Positions 8,627 to 17,042 of a stretch of 64,000 nt of DNA are shown here, one piece after another; within the stretch, counting starts at the first letter, position 1; each line of letters starts with the position of its first letter. The stretch spans positions 320,038-384,037 of the forward strand of contig JBBTWE010000001.1 of the NCBI GenBank assembly GCA_038062955.1, written 5' to 3'. Made by a program: the position numbers and the translations under genes. Below the pieces are notes generated by a model, which made no database searches, had not been told where the DNA came from, and worked only from the letters and a program-made list of their open reading frames with translations. The stretch is from Patescibacteria group bacterium (GTDB taxonomy: Bacteria > Patescibacteriota > Minisyncoccia > Phycocordibacterales > BOKC01).

Positions 8627-9306
8627 ACCGAGGAACCTCTCGAGGTGCTAGACTTGTACGATTGGGGTCAAGGGTTACCAATCGGCACTCATTCGAGGAC
8701 TCCTCTCACACAGAACAGGGAATAAAGGGTGTTCAACCCTTTGATCCGTCTTCGCTCGCGGATCATGAGAATGCCGTCCACAGGTGTCGACAATGATCCT
8801 GTCGACTCATTCTCGCGATGCCGCTCGCTAGCCGGAATAAAAGCCGAGTCCTCAATCCATTCTCATGTGCGCCAGAACTTCTTCCTGTGAAGTCGTTGCC
8901 TACCATTCCACAGGTTGAGGAGAGCAAACAGACGAGGACTCGGATGTTCTTATTGAATGAAAGTGGTCCTTCCGAAGGGAAGCGACTCCAAAATGGCGGT
9001 ACTGGGGATTTCCCCCGGAAGGACAGTGTTCGGTGCTGTGCTGTATGTGAGAGAAAAAGAGCGAATCTGGGGAGTATTATAGATATCAGAGACCAAAAGT
9101 CAATGATTATAGCTGCCTGCCGGCAGGTATAAAAAAGGGGCCCCCATCTGCCGGTCAGAACAGAAGGGGGCCCACGAAACTTGATCCCGAGACCATATTA
9201 TGGAAAGGGCGGTTAGGGAGGGGGGTACTGGTCTCCATCACACAGCCACGGGATCTTCACCAAGAGCAGTCTGTTGAGTATTGTATACCTTAAAAAATAA
9301 AAGTCA
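8595..9306 (-). ncRNA. GC-rich island 1. This is a roughly 700-nt highly structured region with no ORF of 60 aa or longer and no SD on the transcribed (minus) strand. It is a candidate large structured ncRNA or a decayed cassette.
   Basis: The GC content is far above the flanks. Many long-range perfect stems are present (GGTCCTTCCG/CGGAAGGAC, GGGCCCCC/GGGGGCCC, GATCCCGAGACCA/TGGTCT..CGGGATC). It is bounded by the mrdA terminator and by its own terminator. It does not match RNase P, tmRNA or SRP signatures. Confidence 0.35.
8721..8844 (+). repeat. Modular GC-rich repeat, copy A. It consists of module 1 (aaagggtgttcaaccctttgatccgtcttcgctcgcggatcatgagaat), module 2 (ccgtccacaggtgtcgacaatgatcctgtcgac) and module 3 (cattctcgcgatgccgctcgctagccggaataaa).
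   Basis: It matches the copies at 13643..13768 (outer modules inverted, inner module in the same orientation) and 15036..15122 (lacking module 2). Confidence 0.7.
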
Positions 9307-9383
9307 ACCCCGTAGTGAATTTTGGCATAGTTTTCAACGTGTTTAGACCGAAGTCTAAACAATGCCAAAATCTACTACGGGGT
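9307..9383 (+). repeat. Conserved hairpin element with a 22-bp stem, copy 1. The left arm is ACCCCGTAGTGAATTTTGGCAT, the loop is 33 nt and the right arm is ATGCCAAAATCTACTACGGGGT.
   Basis: The arm sequences are identical to the copies at 17739..17803 and 30420..30486. As plus-strand RNA, 21 of 22 positions pair (including one G-U). Confidence 0.8.
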
Positions 9384-9389
9384 CAAGTA

Positions 9390-9426
9390 CAAAAATGGCC
9401 TGCAACGTCACACGACGTCGCAGGCC
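9390..9426 (-). terminator. Intrinsic terminator of the mre-mrdA operon (ggcctgcaacg..cgtcgcaggcc plus a U-run).
   Basis: The hairpin plus T-tract on the minus strand lies immediately 3' of mrdA. Confidence 0.55.
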
Positions 9427-9615
9427 AGGTCTCGAACAGCCCGAGACCACAAAATGTCCTTCTACCATGGTGATCACGAATCAGGAGGAGGAAGACCACC
9501 ACAGGAGGACAGAGCTGGGTACAGAAGAACGAACCTCTGATTATTATTCTAAACAATTGTTGAGAAAAGTCAAACCCCAAATCAGGTATTAGGGAAAAAT
9601 ACACAGGTACAGAGC

Positions 9616-11316
9616 TTATTTTAGATATTCAGGTGTATTTGCATTCATCCAATCAAAAAGCTGTCTCATCACATAAACCCCTCCGGTTGAATTGGCCCGC
9701 GGGCCTCTTTCCATGGTTATCACGAAAGCATATTTTGGATTTTCATATGGGAAAAAACCTGTTACCCAAGAATTTAGCGATTGCTTGCCAATTTCTGCGG
9801 TTCCAGTTTTGGCGCCAACTTGCACATAGGAAACATTCAAACCGGACGCCGTACCTCGTAAAACTGCTTGCTTCATACCCTCCTTTACTGCCGCGAAAGC
9901 CTCTTTTTTTATTTCAATTGGAACAGAAGATTGTTTTACACCACCCTTTAAAACAGAAGGCGTTAACAGAGTGCCATCATTTGCGATAGCCGCGATTCCG
10001 CGAAGAATTTGAATGGGTGTAAATTGAACACCGTATTGTCCAATTGAAGTATTATAGGTATCTCCAAGTCTCCAATCATCTTCTCCAAACGTTTTTTTCT
10101 TCCATTCCGGATTTGGTATCACACCGATTTTTTCTCCAGGTAAATCAATCCCAGATTTTTGTCCAAACCCAAATTCTCTTAAATATTTTTCTATTTTTTC
10201 TATACCTAAACCTTTTTGATCACCGTATCCCCCGCCCAAAGAATAAAAATAAACGTTCGATGAGACAGCCAAAGCGTCGATTAAATCAACCCAACCATGA
10301 GCTTTCCAATCCGTAAAAACACTTGGTTTATCTGGGAAATATGGATTGGGAATTGAGATTGAGCCAGTGCTTAAAATCTTTTTATTTGGACTCACTAAGT
10401 TTTCATTTAAAGAAGCAATAGCAATAAATGGTTTAATGACCGAACCTGGCACATAAAGTCCTGAAATCGCCCTATTTAAGAAAGGATTGAGTGGATCCTG
10501 TATAAACCCATTGATAGATGGCTTATCATTCCCCTCGCTAAGAATTGTGGAATTATATTCAGGGAAATTTGTAAGCGCTAGTATCTCTCCAGTTTCAACA
10601 TCGATAATAATTCCTGAACCACCTTGAAATTTATAATTTTCTACTGCGCTTTTTATAATCTCAAAAAGCTTATTTTGCACTCCAAAATCAACAGAAAGAC
10701 GGAAACTTTTTCCATCGGTCGGAGGTGAGGTCATATTTTGAGTCTGTATATTTCCCAAAGCGTCAGTTTCAACAATTTTTAGACCATTTTCTCCAATAAG
10801 TGAATTATTGTAAAAACTCTCCACCCCATCTTGACCGACAAAATTTGTCTCCCAATAGAAGCCTGCCTTATCTTTGGTTGGATATTTTATATAACCAAGA
10901 AGATGAGAAAAGCCAGGAAGTTCCGGATAATTACGCTTTGAGAAATCTTCTCCTTCTGGTGAAACGATATTTGTTACTAATTCTTTACCATTTCTATCAG
11001 AGATTATGCCTCTATTTGAAAATATCAAACTTGTTCTCAAACGATTATTTTCACTTCTTTCCAAGTAAGCATTTCCTTGTTTTATCTGTAAAGCCCAGAT
11101 TTTTGAGGAATAAGCCAAAGCCAAAAAAAGAAAGCAAATTAATAAAAATTTAATAGCTATTTGAGAAATAGGTTTTTCTAGGCGTCCTTCAAATTGATCT
11201 GTATCAAAACCTGAAAGATTGCTTGAATCTAAAAATATTTCATCAGGTGTAATAAATTGGTTTTTATAAGAACTTTTAAACCAATTTTTTATTTTTCTTT
11301 TAAAATTTCCTAACAT
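9616..11316 (-). CDS. mrdA: Penicillin-binding protein 2 (peptidoglycan transpeptidase)
   Basis: The N-terminal TM segment, the SVIKP (SxxK) motif, the KTGTAE (KTG) motif and the position after mreBCD all agree. Length is 566 aa. Confidence 0.9.
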   Translation of the reverse strand: MLGNFKRKIKNWFKSSYKNQFITPDEIFLDSSNLSGFDTDQFEGRLEKPISQIAIKFLLICFLFLALAYSSKIWALQIKQGNAYLERSENNRLRTSLIFSNRGIISDRNGKELVTNIVSPEGEDFSKRNYPELPGFSHLLGYIKYPTKDKAGFYWETNFVGQDGVESFYNNSLIGENGLKIVETDALGNIQTQNMTSPPTDGKSFRLSVDFGVQNKLFEIIKSAVENYKFQGGSGIIIDVETGEILALTNFPEYNSTILSEGNDKPSINGFIQDPLNPFLNRAISGLYVPGSVIKPFIAIASLNENLVSPNKKILSTGSISIPNPYFPDKPSVFTDWKAHGWVDLIDALAVSSNVYFYSLGGGYGDQKGLGIEKIEKYLREFGFGQKSGIDLPGEKIGVIPNPEWKKKTFGEDDWRLGDTYNTSIGQYGVQFTPIQILRGIAAIANDGTLLTPSVLKGGVKQSSVPIEIKKEAFAAVKEGMKQAVLRGTASGLNVSYVQVGAKTGTAEIGKQSLNSWVTGFFPYENPKYAFVITMERGPRANSTGGVYVMRQLFDWMNANTPEYLK

Positions 11317-11387
11317 ATAGATTTGTCGAAAATTTCTTATAACTTCGTTACTCGAAATCTTTCGACATGATTTTTAAAGTGTAAAAA

Positions 11388-11657
11388 TCAACGTTTTAGT
11401 AAAAATATTTTCTTTTTCAATATCTCTAGAACTACAAACAATACTATCGCGAAAACAGTTAAAATATAAGCACCAAATAAAACACTCTTTGGCGAATATA
11501 ACAGGTCAAGGAAAAAAGCGAGAAAAATAGATTCAAAATATAAATTAAAATAAAAAATTAATAGAAAAGCTACTGGTAATGTAATCCACCACGGAAGCAC
11601 AAATAGACAAATTAAGAGAAAAACATCAGCAATGATTCTTTTTAAAGTGAGGTTCAT
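11388..11657 (-). CDS. mreD: Rod shape-determining protein MreD
   Basis: An 89-aa polytopic membrane protein located between mreC and mrdA. Confidence 0.65.
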   Translation of the reverse strand: MNLTLKRIIADVFLLICLFVLPWWITLPVAFLLIFYFNLYFESIFLAFFLDLLYSPKSVLFGAYILTVFAIVLFVVLEILKKKIFLLKR

Positions 11658-11717
11658 GATTCAAGAAAAAATTTTAAAATACAGATTTCTAGAACTTTTA
11701 GATTTGGATACAGACCT

Positions 11718-11800
11718 AGGCGCAAGCGAGGAGCGAACCGAGACGTATTTGACAATACGTTGAGGGAGCACCGGAGCGAAGCAACGACGGTATGTGCCAA
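11718..11800. repeat. Intercistronic structured repeat, type A, copy 2 (ccgagACGTATttgacaATACGTtgagggag...cggagcgaagcaacg), located between mreC and mreD.
   Basis: Homologous to 1540..1625 and 20593..20682. Confidence 0.7.
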
Positions 11801-11814
11801 ATATATAAGTTCTT

Positions 11815-12639
11815 TTATTTTTCGATTGAGACCCAGCGTAACTCTGCTAGATTAACGGGTAACCTAACATAGATTTTCTTGAAAGAGGAAGCGGGACCAT
11901 GCTCAACTTCTTCGACTTTTCCCAATATTTTACTTCTCTCACCTGAAATCGTTATTTCATCTCCAATTTCCACTTTTACTTCTTGAGAAACTGAACCTAC
12001 TAAGTTCCCTCCTCCTCGCCCAATCATTTTAATCGGTAATTTTTGAGAACCTAAAAAAGCTTGGGTTTCAATTCCGCCCGAAGAGAATAATCTTATCTTG
12101 GAAGTTTGAGCTAACACCTGAACCACTTCGCCAAGCAAAATATTTTCGAAAAAAACTTTATTCTCTATTTCTATGTTGGCATTTCTACCGACATCTACTA
12201 TAAAAACGTCGTATGATGTGAGTGGTGGTCGAGCTAAAATAAAAGCCGGTATTGTTGATGTAGCTTCAGTTCTTTCTAAAATTGCCCGAAAAGTTTTATT
12301 TTCTTCCTCCAAAAGATCGAGATCAAATGATTTTGCTCTGCGATGAAGCAGTTCTTCTCTTAACTCAATATTCGTTTTTACTAAACTTTCTCTTGAGTTG
12401 ATCAGAGCTGTAAGGATAGAAAATTTATTCTCAATATAAATTTTTGATTTCCAAAAAGGATAAGCTACTCCACCCGCAATATCCGCAAAAACATTTCGCA
12501 GTGGCTTGGACAAAATTGAGAGAATAAAAATAAATAGGATAATACAAAGAGAGAGCAAAACGATTTTTTTGTAATTTCTTTTATTTTTGCGGCGGTAATT
12601 CATCGTCATTTGCAATGAGAACTTCTTTGTAATACTCAA
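11815..12639 (-). CDS. mreC: Rod shape-determining protein MreC. The real start is probably an internal Met, which would reduce the overlap with mreB.
   Basis: N-terminal TM segment, coiled coil and beta-rich C-domain are present, in the expected position in the operon. Length is 274 aa. Confidence 0.8.
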   Translation of the reverse strand: MSITKKFSLQMTMNYRRKNKRNYKKIVLLSLCIILFIFILSILSKPLRNVFADIAGGVAYPFWKSKIYIENKFSILTALINSRESLVKTNIELREELLHRRAKSFDLDLLEEENKTFRAILERTEATSTIPAFILARPPLTSYDVFIVDVGRNANIEIENKVFFENILLGEVVQVLAQTSKIRLFSSGGIETQAFLGSQKLPIKMIGRGGGNLVGSVSQEVKVEIGDEITISGERSKILGKVEEVEHGPASSFKKIYVRLPVNLAELRWVSIEK

Positions 12640-13642
12640 GATTTTCCAAGATTATTCCAGCGCCTCTCGCCATCGCAGTGAGTGGATCGGGAGCCACAAA
12701 AATAGGAATTTTTAGTGTTTCTTTGAGAACTTCTGGCCATCCGCGAAGCAGTGAACCACCACCAACAAGGTGTATTCCACGTTGCATCACATCAGATAGA
12801 ATCTCTGGAGGTGTCGTTTCTAAGACTTCTTTTACCGCTTCAATCAAAGTGTGGATCGACTGCGAAATCGCTTCCCTTATATCTCCGTCGGTCACCACCA
12901 CTTCTTTGGGCAAACCTGTAACCAAGTCTCGCCCTTTTATTATGGATTCCATTGGCGACTCTGCTATTACCGAGCCGATGGCAATTTTTACGTTTTCCGC
13001 TGTTTTCTCGCCAATTAAAATTTTGAACTCACTCCTGATGTAAGAAATTATATCGGAATTCAGTTTATCGCCGGCAATTTTTAAATTTTTTGATCTGACA
13101 ACTCCACCCAAAGAGATCACTGCGATATCGGTCGTACCGCCACCAATATCAACAATAACACTTCCAACAGGATCCATCACTGGGAGTTTTATTCCGATAG
13201 CCGCCGCCACAGGCTCTTCAACAACATGAACTTCACGAGCGCCGGCGCTCTTTGTTGCATCCCTTACCGCTCGAATTTCAACACTTGTAATACCTGACGG
13301 CACACCCACAACTACTCGGGGACCTAAAAATTTCTTCTTATCTTTTTGAGCTTTATTGATTAAATAGGTAATCATTTCTTCCGTCACTTCGTAATCAGAA
13401 ATCACGCCGTCAACTAGCGGTCTCACAGCTGTAATGTGTGGTGGTGTCCTTCCGAGCATTTTTTTTGCGGCAGTACCAACAGCGACAACCCGACCGGTCT
13501 TTTGATTGATAGCGACAACCGACGGCTCGTTTATTACAATCCCCTTACCTCTTACATACACCAAAGTATTAGCGGTACCGAGGTCGATTCCGATGTCGTT
13601 TGAAAAAAACTGTTTTAATTTTTTGTATAGGTTAGTTGCCAT
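12581..13642 (-). CDS. mreB: Rod shape-determining actin homolog MreB
   Basis: The GIDLGTANTLVY phosphate-1 motif and DIGGGTTD are present. Length is 353 aa. Confidence 0.93.
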   Translation of the reverse strand: MATNLYKKLKQFFSNDIGIDLGTANTLVYVRGKGIVINEPSVVAINQKTGRVVAVGTAAKKMLGRTPPHITAVRPLVDGVISDYEVTEEMITYLINKAQKDKKKFLGPRVVVGVPSGITSVEIRAVRDATKSAGAREVHVVEEPVAAAIGIKLPVMDPVGSVIVDIGGGTTDIAVISLGGVVRSKNLKIAGDKLNSDIISYIRSEFKILIGEKTAENVKIAIGSVIAESPMESIIKGRDLVTGLPKEVVVTDGDIREAISQSIHTLIEAVKEVLETTPPEILSDVMQRGIHLVGGGSLLRGWPEVLKETLKIPIFVAPDPLTAMARGAGIILENLEYYKEVLIANDDELPPQK

Positions 13643-13768
13643 TTTTTATTCCGGCTAGCGAGCGACATCGCGAGAATGTACCGTCTACAGGTGTCGACAA
13701 TGACCCTGTCGACCTCATTCTCATGATGCGCGAACGAAGACGGATCAAAGGGGTTTAATACCCTTTAT
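13643..13768 (-). repeat. Modular GC-rich repeat, copy B. It forms the proS-mreB intercistronic leader and abuts the mreB ATG.
   Basis: It is the reverse complement of copy A in its outer modules (tttattccggctagcgagcg..., ...gacggatcaaaggggtttaataccctttatt), with the GTCGAC module retained in the plus orientation. Confidence 0.7.
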
Positions 13769-15010
13769 TATTTTGAGTGTCTCATTCAAATCCGTAATCT
13801 TAATTTCTCCGGACTTTCGGTTTTTTAATTCCAGTTTATTTTCTAGAAGCATCTTCTCGCTTATCACAACTCTCCATGGAATTCCGAGAAGGTCTGAATC
13901 AGATAATTTTTCCCCAGCGCTTACCTTTCTATCATCATGAAGCACTTCAAATCCATTACTTTCAAATTCTTTCAAAATCTTTAACGCTTCGGCAGTAACT
14001 TTCTCTCCTTTTCCAGCAATTTCAATCAGATGAATTCGGAACGGAGCAATTGATTCCGGCCAGACAATTCCCTTCCCGTCTGACAGAACTTCAACAACCG
14101 TACCCATAAGACGACTTGGGCCCATACCATAACAACCCATAATAACTGGCTTTTCTTTGCCTTTTTCATCAATATATTTAAGCCCCAGAGCATCTGAAAA
14201 ACGTGTGCCCAATGAGAAAATATTTCCTACTTCAATTGCTTTTTCTTCTTTAAGATCTTTTTTATTTAGCTTCAGATTTTCCAGCACTTCATCTGTATAA
14301 ACTTCTTTATTAACTGCTAGTTTCTTTTTTTCGTCTACATAAATAACATCTTCTCCGGCCGGAGTTACGGTTTGAAACTCATGGGAATATTTTGAAAATA
14401 TTCCACCAGAAGCAAAAGTCATAAATGTTGTAGCACCTAATCCCAATCTTTCAAATACATTCATGTAGGCAATTTTTGCACGTTCATAGAATTCTTCATG
14501 TTCTTTTTCATCTCGAGCAAAAGAATACATATCTTTCATTTGAAATTCACGGCCACGCATAATACCGCTCTTTGCGCGCACTTCATTTCTAAATTTTGTC
14601 TGAATTTGATAAATAGCTTTCGGTAAATCTTTGTAAGACCGAATATGATCTTTTAGAAGTCGAGTCAAAGGTTCTTCATGACTAAAACCAAGCCCCAACT
14701 TTCCTCCGTTTTTGAGCTCGGTCTTAAACCAGACGTCCACTTTCGCATCCTCCCATCTGTCAGTGGCACTCCACACTTCTTTATCCTGCAAAACTGTTAA
14801 AAGCATTTCTTGACCCCCGATCTTATTCATTTCTTCCCGAACAATGTCTTCAATTTTACGAAGAACAATAAGTCCCAAAGGTAAGAAATCATAAACGCCC
14901 GCGAGCTCTTTATTGATAAAACCACCACGGATTAAAAGCTCGGCATTTTTTGAGACCTCATCTTTTGGGGCCTCCTTTCTAGTTTTAGTGAAAAGATGGG
15001 ATTGTCTCAT
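13745..15010 (-). CDS. proS: Prolyl-tRNA synthetase (short form without an editing insertion)
   Basis: The class II motifs REFQMKDMYSF and GCYGMGPSR are present. The N-terminus aligns with ProRS (RGGFI..GVYDFLPLG..VLRKIEDIVREEM). A C-terminal anticodon-binding domain is present. Confidence 0.85.
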   Translation of the reverse strand: MRQSHLFTKTRKEAPKDEVSKNAELLIRGGFINKELAGVYDFLPLGLIVLRKIEDIVREEMNKIGGQEMLLTVLQDKEVWSATDRWEDAKVDVWFKTELKNGGKLGLGFSHEEPLTRLLKDHIRSYKDLPKAIYQIQTKFRNEVRAKSGIMRGREFQMKDMYSFARDEKEHEEFYERAKIAYMNVFERLGLGATTFMTFASGGIFSKYSHEFQTVTPAGEDVIYVDEKKKLAVNKEVYTDEVLENLKLNKKDLKEEKAIEVGNIFSLGTRFSDALGLKYIDEKGKEKPVIMGCYGMGPSRLMGTVVEVLSDGKGIVWPESIAPFRIHLIEIAGKGEKVTAEALKILKEFESNGFEVLHDDRKVSAGEKLSDSDLLGIPWRVVISEKMLLENKLELKNRKSGEIKITDLNETLKIIKGIKPL

Positions 15011-15035
15011 GATTATTTGAAAAACTTAGAATAAA

Positions 15036-15122
15036 TGGTATTAACCCTTTGATCCGTCTTCGTTCGCGGATCATGAAAAAGAGTACTTTTTCGCGATTCC
15101 GCTCACTAGCCGGAATAAATAA
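15036..15122 (+). repeat. Modular GC-rich repeat, copy C (modules 1 and 3 only), in the rseP-proS intercistronic region.
   Basis: ggtattaaccctttgatccgtcttcgttcgcggatcatga ... cgattccgctcactagccggaataaa. Confidence 0.65.
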
Positions 15123-15196
15123 AGATTGTTTTCTACATGTTACACGAAAAAGACCGAAAAAAGAAATAGATTTTATTTCTTTTTGATCTCTTAGTT

Positions 15197-16291
15197 TTAG
15201 AGTTTAATGATGTCGTGAACAGTAACAACCACCATAAGCAATAAAAGTAGAATGAAACCAAGAGCATTCAAAGTATTTACCACTTTTGGATTAATTCTTT
15301 TTCTTTTTATAGCTTCAATAAGTAAGAATAATAATCTCCCCCCATCAAGCGCTGGGAAAGGAAGTAAATTTATAACGGCCAAATTAAGAGAAATGAAAGC
15401 GGTAAATTGAAGTAGATATATGAATCCCAAATTTGAAGCGTCACCCACCAAACCGACAATTCCGACTGGACCAGTAACCGAAGAAAAATCTGCAGCTCCA
15501 GTAAATATCTGACCCAAAAATTGAAGTAGCCCGATAGTAACTGCCCAAAATACCGAAACGGTGGTTTTTGCTCCTTCCCAGACTGCTAAATGTAGAGGTA
15601 ATTTCAAAATTCCTATCATCGACATGGAAATGCCGATAGCTTTTTTATCTTCAACAATTCCAATCTTTGGTTCAATTTCGTTTTCAATGATTGCATCTCC
15701 GCGTTTTACACTTAAAGAAATTGATCCGTCACTCTCATCTATAAATTTTGAGAAAGTATCAGGATTTATTTCTCCCAAAATTTTATCACCATCTTTCACC
15801 GCAAATATCACATCCCCTGCCTTGATGCCCGAAGCAAGAGCTGGAGAATCAGCCAAAATGGAAGTGATAACCAAGTTGGGATTTTGTAGGGGGCGAACGG
15901 TTGGATTTAGAGGATCAACCGGCGTTGGCAATCCATATACATATCCAAAAGAAATTAAAATCCACGCGAAAACAATGTTAAAAAGAATTCCGGCAACGAT
16001 TACAAGTGCCTGCACAGCTCTCGATTTGTGTGCAAGGCTTCTGCTTGTATCTGTAGATTCTGTTTCGTTTTCATCAGGATTTTCTCCGTAGATTTTAACA
16101 AAACCACCGAAAGGAATAGCGTTTACAGTAAAATCAGTTTCTCCCCATTTAAAAAGTTTAAATAATCTTGGTGGAAAACCGATTCCGAATTCATCCACTC
16201 GGACACCAGACTTTTTTGCAGTTATAAAATGCCCAAATTCATGAACCAATATTAAAACAGCGAGGACAATAATGAATATGAGTATGGACAT
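15197..16291 (-). CDS. rseP: Site-2 zinc metalloprotease RseP (M50 family with a PDZ domain)
   Basis: HEFGHF (HExxH) lies in TM1. A PDZ segment and a C-terminal LDGG motif are present. Confidence 0.88.
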   Translation of the reverse strand: MSILIFIIVLAVLILVHEFGHFITAKKSGVRVDEFGIGFPPRLFKLFKWGETDFTVNAIPFGGFVKIYGENPDENETESTDTSRSLAHKSRAVQALVIVAGILFNIVFAWILISFGYVYGLPTPVDPLNPTVRPLQNPNLVITSILADSPALASGIKAGDVIFAVKDGDKILGEINPDTFSKFIDESDGSISLSVKRGDAIIENEIEPKIGIVEDKKAIGISMSMIGILKLPLHLAVWEGAKTTVSVFWAVTIGLLQFLGQIFTGAADFSSVTGPVGIVGLVGDASNLGFIYLLQFTAFISLNLAVINLLPFPALDGGRLLFLLIEAIKRKRINPKVVNTLNALGFILLLLLMVVVTVHDIIKL

Positions 16292-16390
16292 AAAAGATAT
16301 ACGATTTCAGATTTAAGATATTAGATTTACAAAATTGAGATTTTTAATTTTTTTGAAATCATAAATCATATATCGTAAATCTTAAATTAT
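16292..16390. repeat. Tandem ATTTAAGAT-type repeats upstream of rseP and downstream of frr
   Basis: gatttcagatttaagatattagatttac...aaatcatatatcgtaaatcttaaatta. Confidence 0.55.
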
Positions 16391-16971
16391 TAGGCCATTA
16401 TCTCTTTTTCTTTTTTCTCTGCTAAATCTTCAAGTTTTTTACTTACTTCATCCACGATTTTCTGCATTTCATTCTTGAGTCTAAATTTATCATCCTCGCT
16501 CAAAACGCCGTCTTTTGTTTTTGTCTGAATATCTTCCCAAACTTTTTCACGCTCTCCACGAAGACTCACTTTAGCTTCTTCTAATTTTTGTTTGCTTTGC
16601 TTTATAAGAAGCGTACGCCTCTCGGAAGAAAGATCGGGGAAATTAACCCTTACTCCTTTGTCATCAGACATAACACCTAGACCCAAATTAGCGTCCTGAA
16701 TTGCTTTTTCAATTCCTTTTGCTTGACTCATATCCCAAGGAGCAACCCGAAGGCTCTTTGGTCCTTCAGAAGTAATTGTCGCTAATTGATTGATTGGCAT
16801 TTTCGAACCATAAACTTCAATCTTAACTCCATCGAGCAAAGTAGGTGTTGCTCGGCCAGTTCGAAGAGTCAGGTATTCTTTTTTTAACCACTCTAAAACT
16901 GCATCGGTATTTTGTTTTAAACTCAAAAAATTATATGCCATAGATAGAATGATTTTATACCAGAATGCCAA
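16390..16971 (-). CDS. frr: Ribosome recycling factor. The likely start is the internal Met (MAYNF...).
   Basis: LRTGRATPTLLDGVKIEVYGSKMPINQLA is the characteristic RRF core. Confidence 0.9.
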   Translation of the reverse strand: MAFWYKIILSMAYNFLSLKQNTDAVLEWLKKEYLTLRTGRATPTLLDGVKIEVYGSKMPINQLATITSEGPKSLRVAPWDMSQAKGIEKAIQDANLGLGVMSDDKGVRVNFPDLSSERRTLLIKQSKQKLEEAKVSLRGEREKVWEDIQTKTKDGVLSEDDKFRLKNEMQKIVDEVSKKLEDLAEKKEKEIMA

Positions 16972-17002
16972 AAAATGAAAATTTGGGAAAGATTTAAGGA
17001 TA

Positions 17003-17038
17003 AAACAAAGCCCGCAACTGCGAATGAGTTGTGGGCTG
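17003..17038 (-). terminator. Intrinsic terminator of the island-2 minus-strand ORF.
   Basis: agcccgcaactgcgaatgagttgtgggct, followed on the minus strand by a tttgtttt tract. Confidence 0.55.
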
Positions 17039-17042
17039 AGAC

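Noticed and set aside
8611-9132. Plus-strand ORFs 8611..8796 and 8818..9132 as genes
   Set aside because: They have no SD and no promoter. They run across the repeat modules and stems. The island is terminated on the minus strand.
8595-9306. Island 1 as RNase P RNA, tmRNA or SRP RNA
   Set aside because: I looked for the P4 motifs (AGGAAAGUCCGG, ACAGAANCCGGCUUA), a GGUUCGAnUCC T-arm with an ANDENYALAA-type tag, and the SRP domain-IV GGAA tetraloop context. The CCGGAAGGAC stretch present is part of a 10-bp long-range stem and not the SRP motif. No convincing match was found.
12678-16091. Antisense ORFs inside mreB (12678..13043), rseP (15561..16091), atpA (21595..22228), atpB (23781..24113) and others from the ORF track
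   Set aside because: These are shadow ORFs on the opposite strand of clearly conserved genes, with no independent start signals.
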